64,000 nucleotides of DNA, taken from Callorhinchus milii. Lineage: Eukaryota. The position numbers and the translations under genes were made by a program. The notes under the pieces were generated by a model. That model saw only the letters and a program-made list of their open reading frames with translations. It did no database searches and was not told the origin of the DNA. Below, one piece after another: positions 39,049 to 49,964 of this stretch; position 1 is the stretch's first letter; every line of letters begins with the position of its first letter. The stretch is from contig NW_024704743.1 of the NCBI RefSeq assembly GCF_018977255.1, positions 23,438,001 through 23,502,000 on the forward strand, written 5' to 3'.

Positions 39049-39884
39049 ATAAACATTTTGTATCCAGCTAGATAGGACTAATTGCAGGAGTTGTTGATAT
39101 AGATGCTCATGAACATTTACCTAAATAGTGTTAGAGATGTTACCTGACAACAGCTATTGTTCCAAATGGATGTATGGTAGGAATGTGCCTGGTACCTTTC
39201 TTGAAATGGCAAATGCTCCTTGAGCATTAGGGAGTACAGTACTGACCACACTTATGGTCTCATACCGAAGCCAGCGAGAAATAAATAGTGAAATTATAAA
39301 ATAATAATTGTGTGAGTATTTGGTATAAGTGCGTATATCATCAAATATATCTAAAAGCACTTCACAGTGTTTCCTAGAAGTGTAGCGACTGTGTATTTGC
39401 AGGCAAAAGTAAAACAAAGTCCAAAGTTTCATTAATCAAAATGATGAATTCATGTCTTGGGTCTGGTTGGTGAGATGTTACACCTAGATTGTGTGTGCTC
39501 ATGCTATTACTTTTGGCATTTAGATGCAATAAAGTCCCTTATTGCACATTAATCATAATGATTACTGTTGTGGAAGCCATAAAAAAAAGTATTGCTTAAT
39601 TATATGCGTAATATCAAATGGATAGAAGACTCCAAGCTTTGCAGTGGCAAAAACAAGCAGCATAATCTTTATTACAGCATAATTCAATTCATGATGATTG
39701 AATATTCCACAAGGAAAGCTACAATTAGATTAAGTGCAACGCACTTCAACAGAAATACGTGAACTTTAAACTACCAAATAAAAAAGCAGTCAGTGATATA
39801 GCATCATGAGCAATGAGTTCCATAATATTATGGATGCATTCATAAACATTAATATTGTTATCAGTCTTTATCCAGAAAGTCACT

Positions 39885-40170
39885 ATGGCCTGCTGCAAGT
39901 TCTCTGCTCTACCCACCTCGCCATCAACAGGTAGATTTTTAGTCTTTCTGCCTCCACTCACAGGAGCTCCACCCTGGAGTTCCTCCAGCCTGTTGCCTCC
40001 TTCACTCGTTCAAGGTCTCTCTCAATACATACCTCTGTGACCATGTTTTGGTCACCTTTTCCCTCCCCTGGATCCCCAGTTCGGGTGTCAAGACAGGATT
40101 GTTAAGCTCCTCAGGACGTCCTCCTGATGTGAAAGGTGCTCTATAAATGTAAATTTGTATTGTATTGTAG
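39885..40170 (+). mobile_element. L2 3' end, decayed
   Basis: accctggagttcctcc...ttcaaggtctctctcaa; tail ggacgtcctcctgatgtgaaaggtgctctataaatgtaaatttgtattg. Confidence 0.8.
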
Positions 40171-40329
40171 TCCTAAACTTCAGATGCAGGTTGCATTGAG
40201 TAGATCTTCTCAAGTGGCATTTCCCATTGACCTGCTACCATTAAGTTAATGTATTCTGAGGTTACATCATTCATATTGTAAGACATCACTTTGAACCCAG
40301 GTTAAAAATTCCATTTGTGTGATATCTCT

Positions 40330-40535
40330 ACCAGCCTTGTGGTGAAAACACTACCTAACCAAGAACTTGGTTGCACAAACCAAACAGAAAGTCACAGGTT
40401 CAAACCGTCGTCTGTGTTGAGAAAGCTCATCTCAGCCGGGCAGCAATTGGAACGCTATAATTCATCTCATTGTCTCTGGGATAGGAAGGGGGAATCAGCC
40501 ACGATTCCTACTCTTGCCTGATATCCAAAGACTGC
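40330..40535 (+). mobile_element. SINE-C, best-preserved copy here
   Basis: B-box caggttcaaacc; gtctgtgttgagaaagctcatctcagccggg; ataggaagggggaatcagccacgattcctactc. Confidence 0.6.
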
Positions 40536-40812
40536 TGTAATTCCCCTTTTCCTCCTTCCCTCTTAATGGCACATCTGTGAAGCTATATTGTACTTGTGGA
40601 TCACAGCATTTGACAGCCGGTAACAGTATATATTTATGTTTTACTAAACAAGCTCAGATTAGCCAGTAGTAACCCATTAACAGCAAAATCCACAAATGGC
40701 TTCATAAATGTCTGGGAGTAAACGTCCAATGTAGCCAATTCACAGCCATCATCATTGAGAATATTGCAAGGGGGGAAGCATCCATCTCCGACAACCAGGT
40801 ACATTTAATCTT

Positions 40813-41157
40813 GGAGTCCTGTAGCTCAGTGGTTAGAGCACTCACCTCCCAAGCGAGAGGACCTGGGTTTATTCGTTGGGCAAACTTCCTTACTCCACAA
40901 GCCTCTGTTTAGCTCGCAGTAAATAGAAATGCAGTTGTTAGTTGATTGGTAGATCGCTTTTCCTGAGTTAATAATCCCTTAAAAAAAATTGGTCACTCAG
41001 TCCATGACTGTTTGTAGGACCCTGCTGTGCACAATTGGCTGACATGTTTCGTCCACAAAATACACAGTCAATTCACTTTACAGAATATTCTGTGAAGCGC
41101 TTTGAGGCGTCTCAAAGATGTGATAAGGCACTATATCAAATGCAAGGATTATTATTA
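40813..41157 (+). mobile_element. SINE-A long form
   Basis: Head, insert gcctctgtttagctcgcagtaaatagaaatgcagttgttagttgattgg, tail. Confidence 0.95.
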
Positions 41158-42019
41158 ACATAAAATATATTGAGATTCCAACTTACTATTTATCAGGCAA
41201 TGTGCTGTTATCATATCCATCTATAAATGAGCGTACCATCCTTTATATCTTTCAGTGTGACATTTGACAGTCTCAGTAAGACAATAATAGGCATGCAGTT
41301 CAATGCACACTAGATTTTACAATGAAACTGTAGACTAGTAAAATTATATAAGTCGACAAGGAAAATGGAATAATGATCTTAATAATGTAATCTAATAACA
41401 TACAGTGTCAAAGCAACTGTTACCAGCTTTCCTCAGACATTGAAAGCTAAATCTGTATGCAGACTGAATTGTGGATTGTGTTAAGCCATCCTCTTATTAA
41501 GTACACAGCGAGTCTACAAGAAAGCATTAGATGTTCATGAAATTTTAAAAAATCAATACTCTTCAATACTCTGTGAGCCGTGCGTACCCGAGAGTTTCTG
41601 CAGTGGGTGTGTGATCTGTCGAGGCCCCTGTTAAACAAAAAAGTGGATGAAAAGAAAACACACTTTGTTTTATTCCATTACATTCTTTGAAACTTGGCAC
41701 GGAGGAAAATACTGTGGTCACAAGGGTATCGGGGAAAATATTGCATCAGAATAGATTTTCCATGACTTTATTGTCACAATGTAATCGTGCATGTTCAAAA
41801 ACATTGAAGGTGGCAGCGTAGCGTTGTTGTAACTATCCAATACCAAATGAGAATATCAGTTTGTGCAACATAGGAAAAGCAAAGATTGAAATGCAGCGTT
41901 TGCTGGTAGAAAGGAGGGAGCTGTTACGGGTTTTCAATTCCTTGTAGGTACCTGCAATGGAGTAGGTTTGCTCTACCACACTAACAGGGCATTTGTCTGT
42001 CATAACAGTAAACTTGCAC

Positions 42020-42150
42020 ACTATAAACTGTGAGAAGGGAATAGAGGCGTATAAGAGAGGGGAAGAGGAGGGGTAGAGGCATGTGTGGAGTACAGTCACA
42101 TGGAATGGTTGGGCCAAGTGGCCTGTTCTGTGCTGTATCATTCTACATGA
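42020..42150 (+). mobile_element. CR1 3' UTR remnant
   Basis: gagaagggaatagagg...gttgggccaagtggcctgttctgtgctgtatcattctacatga. Confidence 0.6.
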
Positions 42151-43116
42151 CTGCAATATGCAATAGGCAATATGCAAATTATACTATTTTGGGACTGAAA
42201 AGATATTCTCGCTACCAGTGCACACACACTTGATTGGAGGTTCTGCTTAACATAGAAAGGCTGTTGCAATCCTGGATACAGCCCAATTGGGGTCGAAGGA
42301 GCACAAAGTCCTTGGCTGTATGGAGAATCTTGTGGTGTCATCACGCTGTGTCAGGAAGTGGACAAGACAATTGGCAAGACAACCAACTGCAGCCCAAAAA
42401 GTTTGGAAATCTGAAACAGTATTGATCCTTTGAGTGACAAGTACTGGATTTCATCTCTCCCTTGTGCTGTTATTCTTCTATAAAGAATATTTGAATTAAA
42501 CATCTTTTGTGGCAGATTACACCTGTCAATCAAGGGATCAGTTTAAATCTCTTTGTCACACAGGTAAGTAAAAAATTAGGGTTCTTATCAGCTTTCCACT
42601 TGAATTTTTGTTCTCCACTTCATTCTCTTGAAGATGCCGCTTGTGCTGGGTTATAGCTCCGTTGGCATTGTTTGCTCTTCGGCATCTCACTTAAACAATC
42701 TGAGCTGTGTATGTCAGGCTGTTCAATTACATTGCTGCTCACAGTAAAGCCTCCATATAGTGTTCAGACAGGCATGTCTGTAACAGTGTCACAGTGTAAC
42801 ACTGTAACAGCGACTATCAGAAAGGGGTGCCTTATCTCCTTTTTGATTTTTGTTCTTTTGGCCTGAGTGTGAGGCTAATTGTAAGAAAATATTGGTTTCA
42901 AGACATCTCAGAGGATTTTACAGCAATTACTGTCAGCTGTTGTGGCTTTTGTGCCTTGGGACATCCTTCTGATGTGAAACACGCTATACAAATGTAATTT
43001 TGTTGTTGTTTGGATACTCTTAAGCATTTCCGTGTTTGGCTTCATGGTTGATTGAAAAAAAAATTTGGTTTTCCTGTGCCACTGTTGGGAGGTGCTGAGC
43101 AGAACAGGTACTTTTC

Positions 43117-43235
43117 CAAAACAGAAGTCGCTGGGAACAGTCAGGTCAGGTAGCATCTATGGAGAGAGGAACATGAATTAACGTTTCAGGTCGATGACCT
43201 TTCGTCAGAATTGGGGGATGTTGGAAGGGAGCAGT
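43117..43235 (-). mobile_element. Penelope-like element (PLE) terminal remnant
   Basis: aaaacagaagtcgctgggaacagtcaggtcaggtagcatctatggagagagg...aacgtttcaggtcgatgacctttcgtcagaa resembles a recurrent chondrichthyan PLE terminus (from memory) and contains a hammerhead core. Confidence 0.65.
43176..43212 (-). ncRNA. Minimal type I hammerhead ribozyme motif
   Basis: Minus strand: aauu-CUGACGA-a-agguc-auc-gaccu-GAAA-cg-UU-aauu; conserved core, stem II, stem I and palindromic AACGUU stem III. Confidence 0.7.
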
Positions 43236-43359
43236 TTATCGATCAACAAGGTACTTTGACGTTTGCTGCACATGACAAAAGTTCAAAATTCTCTCTGAAA
43301 TTATTCTGGAATGATTAAGCAATTCAACAAATACTGTTTTAAATCATTTATGTTTGACA

Positions 43360-43620
43360 TTTGAAGGAATGTTCCTGGAAGTGTTGGAGGGGAGTTTGGA
43401 GAAAACTCTTACATGCAAAAAGTTATTATGTATTGCCACACATGGCAACTGAGGCTGAGACCATAAGGCAAATGGAATTGGATAAAAATGAGGAACAACA
43501 TAAAATAATTTGGGGAAGGAGCAGAGAATTAGGACGAGGGCACACAGTTAGTTTCAGTGAAGGAGGTGGCACCCGCATAGGCTCAATGGGCTGAATCATC
43601 TCCTGTGCTGCATGTTTTAC
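43360..43620 (+). mobile_element. CR1 3' remnant
   Basis: gagtttggagaaaactctt...ttgccacacatggcaactgaggctgagacc...aattggataaa...atgggctgaatcatctcctgtgctg. Confidence 0.55.
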
Positions 43621-43987
43621 GACCAAATCAAGGGCAAATCATTAGTAAACTGTAGTTGCAAAATAACATCTTTGTGACTATGAAGGAGGTACATAATGAT
43701 CACCATTCCTATTTGCTTCAGTTTAAATGTTTTTTATTGATTTATTTTTTTCCAGTCTTGCGGATTTCTTTGCAGAGTGACAGGAGGCGACAAAGCAGAG
43801 TGTACGCTTGTTGTTTTTTAATTACTTATGTTACATACAGAAATATCCTTTCTCAGCTACATAAAATGAAAATGCTTCTCGAGTGACAGGAAAATTGGTT
43901 AAATTCTATGGAGATTTTAAGTGTTGCTCTTTCTACGTAACACTTTGTTGATTGAAGGCATTTAAAAGAAAACTGGATAAGCACATA

Positions 43988-44480
43988 CAACAACAACAAC
44001 AACAACAACTTGCATTTATATAGTGCCCTTCACGTGGGGTAGCATCCCGGAGCACTTGACAGTCTGACCCCGAGCTAGAGGGAGTGGGGAGGTGACCAAA
44101 AAGTGCAGTCAAAAAGGCAGGTCTTTAAGCGGGATGTGAAGGTGGGGAGGGAGATGGCAAGGCAGAGGGATTGTGGAAGACGATTTCAGAGCTTAGAGGT
44201 GTAGTGGCTGAAAGCATGGCTGCCAATGGTGGAGCGGAGGGGCCGAGGGAAGAACAGGAGGCCGGAGTCGGTCAAGCGGAGACAACGGGTGGTGGAGTGG
44301 GAGGTAAGCAAATCGAATAGGTAGGGAGGTGCGGGGTATGAAGGGATTTGAAACCAAGTGAGAAGATCCTGAAATCGATCCGTTCGGTAATTGGGAGCCA
44401 GTGCAGCCTGGCCAGGACTGGTGTGATAAGGAGAAGAATGTATCTGAGGGCATGGGGATTAGGATGGCTGGCTTTTTGGA
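43988..44480 (-). mobile_element. L2b 3' end
   Basis: ORF ITPVLARLHWLPITERIDFRI; tail agtgctccgggatgctaccccacgtgaagggcactatataaatgcaag(ttg)n. Confidence 0.95.
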
Positions 44481-44713
44481 TGAAAAAATACCAAGACGAA
44501 AAAGTGGGACAAAGGCCTCCTACTATGTTGTACATTTCTATGGTTTTATTTTTATAAGATGTGTAAACGTGGTGATGTGAAGGTAATGTGGGTGTTGCTG
44601 CCAAGAGAGGAGTTCAAACCTATTCCTATTGATTATTTTAGAAACTTTGTAATTTTCTGTAGTCTAGTTGCTGTTTTCTATCTGACCTCTCACCTCAACA
44701 TTTCTATTTCCAG

Positions 44714-44792
44714 CTGGAAGAGCAGGTGAATGGCCAAAGACACCTTCACCAGTACTGACATCACTGTTATTCCATGGCTCTCCCAACAGGAG
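44714..44792 (+). other. Candidate exon (79 nt)
   Basis: Branch ctgac, acceptor catttctatttccAG, donor GAG|gtaaga; followed by a 186-nt intron ending in a very strong acceptor at 44978. Confidence 0.4.
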
Positions 44793-45514
44793 GTAAGATG
44801 ACACCTAGAACATTTAGCTAAAGAACCATATCTTGACACAACTTAGCAATTTTTTTAAAAGTTGTGTTAAACATGAAATGCAGATGCTCGGGGAGACATT
44901 TCACCTGGGTCAAAATTTACAGTAATAATAATCTAACAATTTACTTTCTTTTCTTTTCTTATTTTCCTATTTTCTTAGCATCTCATAGCATCCAGATTTT
45001 CTGAAATCAGTCTTAACCTTTAAAATCAGTTTTCTCTTGTTCTTAGAAGAACTTACAAAACAAAGGTTCAAAATTATGGCTGTATTTAAGAATTTGTCAA
45101 ATTCTGGTTGCTCTGAAACGCTACGAAACTAGAGTAGTTCTAGACCCAGATGGAATTTCTACACTGCTGTTTGTTAAGGATCTGAATTATGGATCCTGCA
45201 ACTAGCGGGACAGACGTCCCGTGGGTCATTGAAAAGGTCTGTGAGATATGTAGGACCAAAACAGTGACCAAACAACTGACTGTTTCGTGACGACTTCAGC
45301 AGAGTTCTGACTTAGCTGTGAAGACAGTTACCAAATACAGAATTTCAAGTTGTTTTACATTACAATTTGTGGTTTGATGTCTGAATGATTCAGTACGCCA
45401 ATGCAAAAATAACGTTCTGTAATCAGACGGAGAAGCAAACTGGAGACTTTTTAAGGTAGACCGCTCTTACTGCACCTGTCAATTCTTTCCATTGTTTTCG
45501 GAGGACCAAAGAAT

Positions 45515-45695
45515 TTTCCAGTACAGAAACAGACCATTCAGCTCATGAAACGAGCTCAAGTGCTCTCACAACAGGAGCCGCCTAATTTAATCCCACTCAC
45601 TTCCCATACCCTTTCATATTGTTCCTTCTTCAACTATTTGTCTAATTCTCTTCTAAAAGAATTTATGAAGTCTCCTTCAAGGACAGTTTGTGGCA
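45515..45695 (-). mobile_element. CR1 3' UTR remnant
   Basis: agaccattcagctcatg...ttcccataccc...caactatttgtctaattctcttctaaaagaatttat (reverse of FRRELDK). Confidence 0.6.
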
Positions 45696-46237
45696 CATGC
45701 TGCCTCCTAATTTTTGTGTACTCTGCTTCTTGGGTTGTCAGTGGATCTATTTGCTGTAGATGTTTATGGCTACAAAGCGTCTCAGAGCAATGTAAGGTCC
45801 AATTTATATCTTGTTGTCCACAACAGTGGAACTTATCCGTCTGTAGTCCATGTGTCGCCACGCGCACAGTCCTTAGTAGAAAGTGTAACTGAGCCTTTCT
45901 TGAGAACACCTTATGTTACGCCTAGTGCTTTTCGGCCCCTGAGCAATCTCAAAATAAATCTTAAAGTGGACTAATTTCAGAGGTTCCCCAGGAGACTGAG
46001 TGAAAGCTACTATGATGGTCTCACGGTGGGAAAGAAACATTATGTTCAATGTCCATGTGATAAGTACATGATGTCATTGTTCTTTTTGGCAAACAAAGAT
46101 ATAACATTATGCATTATGACACTCTTTTAAAATATTTCAATGAAACATAATGGTTTTGTGTTCATCTGGTGCAATTTAGTCAAATGCATAATTGCTAAAA
46201 CTATGATGTTATTGATTTGTTTCATTCTACATGCGAT

Positions 46238-46720
46238 ACATACTGTCTCTGATATAATCTGCCTTCAGTTGCTTTAGCTGATGGCAATACATTAGTTATT
46301 GTGAGCTCTGAATCTATTTATGTCACTCTTCTCCTTGGAGGGAGGTAAACATAGTCTCCTTGGAGCTGAGCTGGCTTCAAGTTGCTGTGCTTGGTAACAG
46401 AATGTCGGAATCAACTCAATCTTCAGTAGTGGTCTTAAGCCAGCAAGTCAAAAAGATAGGGTGCACGAGCAGCAGGAAAGCTTGCCAGGCAGTGCTCTCA
46501 ATGACAAGCTCTGCGGTTTTAGCTGGTTAAACTCTAGCAGTTCCCAAGCACACTCTGGGGTCCCCAAGACTTGGCTTTCTGGAATTAGGTAAGCAGGATG
46601 TGTTCCTCCAGGGTGAGAGTGTGCATTTCATTCCACACATAGAAATTTCCATGTTCAAGTGGAATGTATGCAACTGAAATCTCCTAAGCATGGTGATGGG
46701 TTACTGTGTGTGTCAGAAAC
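46238..46720. repeat. Unclassified interspersed repeat, copy 1
   Basis: Colinear blocks shared with 54742-55430, e.g. cactctggggtccc, ctttctggaattaggtaag, taagcatggtgatgggtt. Confidence 0.8.
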
Positions 46721-46799
46721 AAAAAATAAATCTTTGTTTATTGATTGTAACTGATTTAAATATTTTATCAAATCTATGTAGGTAACGTATGATACAATT

Positions 46800-47010
46800 T
46801 ATAATAATCCTTGGATTTGATACTTTATCACATCTTCGGAACGTTTCAATGTGCTTCAATTCACTGTAAAGTGAATTGACTGTATATTTTGTGGGTGACA
46901 ATTTGTATTTATATAGCACCTTTTATGGCAGGAGGACATCTCAGAGTGCTTGACATTGCTGGCTGGGGATCCGAGCTAGAGGTGGGAGCCAAAGTGGGAA
47001 AATAGGATAT
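46800..47010 (-). mobile_element. SINE-A 3' fragment abutting an L2 tail
   Basis: ataatccttggatttgatac...gtgaattgactgtatattttgtgggtg, then caatttgtatttatatagcacc...ggaggacatctcagagtgc. Confidence 0.75.
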
Positions 47011-47248
47011 TTGGCATGTTGTACATTTAAGTCACAGCACACGTATGCATATATGAATGAGTACACTGTTATGGCACTTGAAATAAGAATGAGATAGTGA
47101 ATGTGTTCTGACCTTTAAGTTGATGCTCAACGAAAGTGCTTTGTTTATAATTCAGTATAACCATCTATTGTAAACCTGTGTGCCTCGTCCACACTTTCAA
47201 AGCCTGTCTCAAGACCTTCTTTTTTCAACAGTGCCTATGGTAATCCTG

Positions 47249-47382
47249 CTACATCCACCCTCCTACATCCACCCTCCCTGCCCTCCACCCTTCTACATCC
47301 ACCCTCCCTGCCCTCCACCCTTCTACGTCCACCCACCCTGCCCTCCACCCTTCTACATTCACCCTCCCTGCCCTCCGCCCTC
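47249..47382. repeat. Minisatellite, 30-bp unit x4 plus a partial unit, inside an L2 3' remnant (47180-47405)
   Basis: Unit ctacatccaccctccctgccctccaccctt starting at 47263, 47293, 47323 and 47353. Confidence 0.95.
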
Positions 47383-47504
47383 TTTGATCCCGACCCCCAG
47401 GCTATAAGACTATAGAAACAATCAGCTGCTTCTACCCATTTTTGGCCTCATCCGAGATGGCACCATTTTCCCCCACCTGGCCATGACATCTGCTGATCCT
47501 CTAT

Positions 47505-47740
47505 AATTGATCGCTGGAAGTTAAACCATTGAGGGGTAGTAGCAGGAAGTATTTATTTGTACATAGGCTAATGAACAACTGGAACAGCTAATCAAATAGC
47601 GGTAAGGATACTTAGACTCATATTTAAAGAAAGTTTGATGCTTTAATAGAAAATTAGTAAAATGGGTATTCTGGAAGGATGTGATGAATTGGGTCAAAGA
47701 GCCTTCTTCATCTTAACAACTCTCGTGATCACTTGTGATA
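47505..47740 (+). mobile_element. CR1 3' end, decayed
   Basis: caggaagtatttatttgtacataggctaatgaacaactggaacagcta...tttaaagaaagtttgatgc. Confidence 0.7.
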
Positions 47741-49129
47741 AATGTCCCAGCAGAATCTGGCATTTTGCCTGGGCCCATTGACTGAGTGTCAGTTACACCA
47801 CTAGATCTAGGGCTGTAGAAGGAAGTAACAATCTCTATTAACATCTATTTGGCACCACTTATTGGCCCTTGTGTCAGCAACTCAACTCTGACAACAGATT
47901 GGAAGGATCTGTGGCACTAACCGCAGTGCTTTTCCATTCAAAGCAAGATAGAGGAAAGGGTGGAAAGCACTCAATGATGGGTTGGAAAAGCATAGTTTTA
48001 AAACAAAATGATTGTAAAACCTGGATTGTGGAGGAAGGAATGTGGTTACTTCGTGAATGGGATTATAATGATTTGGAGTTGCCCACTGAAGGATTTGAAA
48101 TTGTGAGAGAGATTGTTACGGAATGCAGAAATGTTCACCTACAAAATACAGTCCCTACATTTTACACTATTATGCGTTTAGATGGCCTCCTGATGTGGAA
48201 GGCACTATATCAAATGCAAGAAGCATTTTGTCTTTAATAGCACTCCACAGTGGGTCGACTTTACAAAATATGAAGCACGTCTAATTTCGATTTTGAAATT
48301 CATTGCAGTATAGTCACAGGTTTCACTGTGGGGAAGCTGGGCATTTACATTTACCGCACACTGAAATTCACAGCTGATTAAGTCCAATGACTACGCTGAT
48401 TAAGTGGCATCTGTCAGGTAGAACAGTGAAGAATTCAATAGCACTATTGCAATTTTAACATGTTATTTCTGAACCGTTCTAATCATGTCTCGACTCATTC
48501 TCTTTTGTTCAAGAACCACCAAGAGCTGTCCTGCATGTGTGTGTAGTTGTGTCAAATGCTTCATTTGCTGACTTGTAGCCTTGCTTTGTATTTTAATACA
48601 TTTACAGTCGTCCTTTTCCATTTAAATGCTTCAGATCATTGCTGTTGAAGCACTTCCTTCCCCACAGCACTACTGATTATGTACTTTAGGCTAATAGACT
48701 GAGCCGTAGTATCTTCCATGTTTGGGCAGACCCAGGTTTCATAGGTTCCTTTTGCTGACTGGAGAATCCTTTGCTGGCTGTGGCAGTGGATGGTTGTTCC
48801 TGCAAAACTTCTGGCAGTCTCTAATGGTTAGTGTATAAGGTAATAGTCCACCATTTGTGATCAAGTTAACCTGGTTAATTATTGCACTATCAGTCCACAC
48901 TTTTTTGTGTTTGTATAGCAGCCAGACACAAAGCTGTTAAGCACAGTGTCTTTTCCTCAGAGTTTTATTGTGGTGAGTTGCACTTTTGCTATATAAAAAA
49001 AGAGTCACTGCACTTGACACTAATTATTAAATTTTGAGACAAAATAGGGTGCTATAAAAATGCAAGGTTTTTTTCTTTCAGTTTACAAATATGGAGGAAT
49101 GGTAATATGGCAGGACAGATTTTTGTAGA

Positions 49130-49345
49130 TGTCAGCTTCACTCAGTTGGTGGCATTCTTACTCTAAGTCAGAAGGTTGTTGGGACTTTGAGATCACAGTC
49201 TACAACAACAAAAAATTCTATTTATACAGCGCTCCTTACTCAGGGTAGTGTCCCAGAGTACTTGTCGGGTAGTCTAGACTAGCATTGGGTCAGTGAATCG
49301 CTGTTAGAGGTGTTGCCTTTCAAATTAGGTTAAAACCCGAGGTTA
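49130..49345 (+). mobile_element. SINE-B 5' half interrupted by a 68-bp L2b tail
   Basis: gtcagcttcactcagttggtggc...agtcagaaggttg; resumes gttagaggtgttgcctttcaaattaggttaaaacccgagg. Confidence 0.75.
49203..49270 (-). mobile_element. L2b tail-only insertion with 6-bp TSD
   Basis: agtcta at 49197-49202 and 49271-49276 flanks the reverse complement of ...agtactctgggacactaccctgagtaaggagcgctgtataaatag...ttgttg. Confidence 0.85.
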
Positions 49346-49964
49346 TAACCCGGGTGTCTGTCCAATTGGCAGTCATAAAAACATTACTCCAAACATACAA
49401 TGGCTGCCATATTGTACTAACAAACACATAGATTTTACAGAAATAGACTGAGGATCATTGAGTTGTATGATCAGGATGTATATAGCTACATTTTTCAACT
49501 GGAGATTGGGAATGTTAACTGTTGTAATGAAGGATAGAGGTTAATGTTTGAAACAAGGTTGCGGGAGACGAGGAACAATTGATTCCTGTTGTGTTTTTAA
49601 GAAACTACAAGGAGCATCCTTTTACAAGTCCCTTCAATTCAGTCCTTAACTATGCTGGGTGCAGCTTATGAACCTGCTGCCACTGGCATTTTGAGAAAAT
49701 GAGTGCAACAACAGCACTTTATCACTGTGTCCAGTGGTGGTTTCTGCAATTCCTCTTGGTGGCATACTGTGGCCAATGAATCCGTTACTGCTGGCACGGT
49801 GGGGGGGAAGATTGACACATAACGGCTGTGATGGCCTCACATGCCACGTTCATTCCTCTAGAACTGTGACTAAAGCAAAATGCAGTTAACAGAATCTGTA
49901 GAGCAACACAGAAGAAGCCATATGACTTCTTTCAGTCTCTGCCTTTGCACATATTGTGCTCCGG

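Noticed and set aside
47180..47407. ORF with YIHPPCPPPF repeats resembling a structural protein
   Set aside because: Translation of a 30-bp minisatellite inside an L2 remnant; GTG start and no splice context
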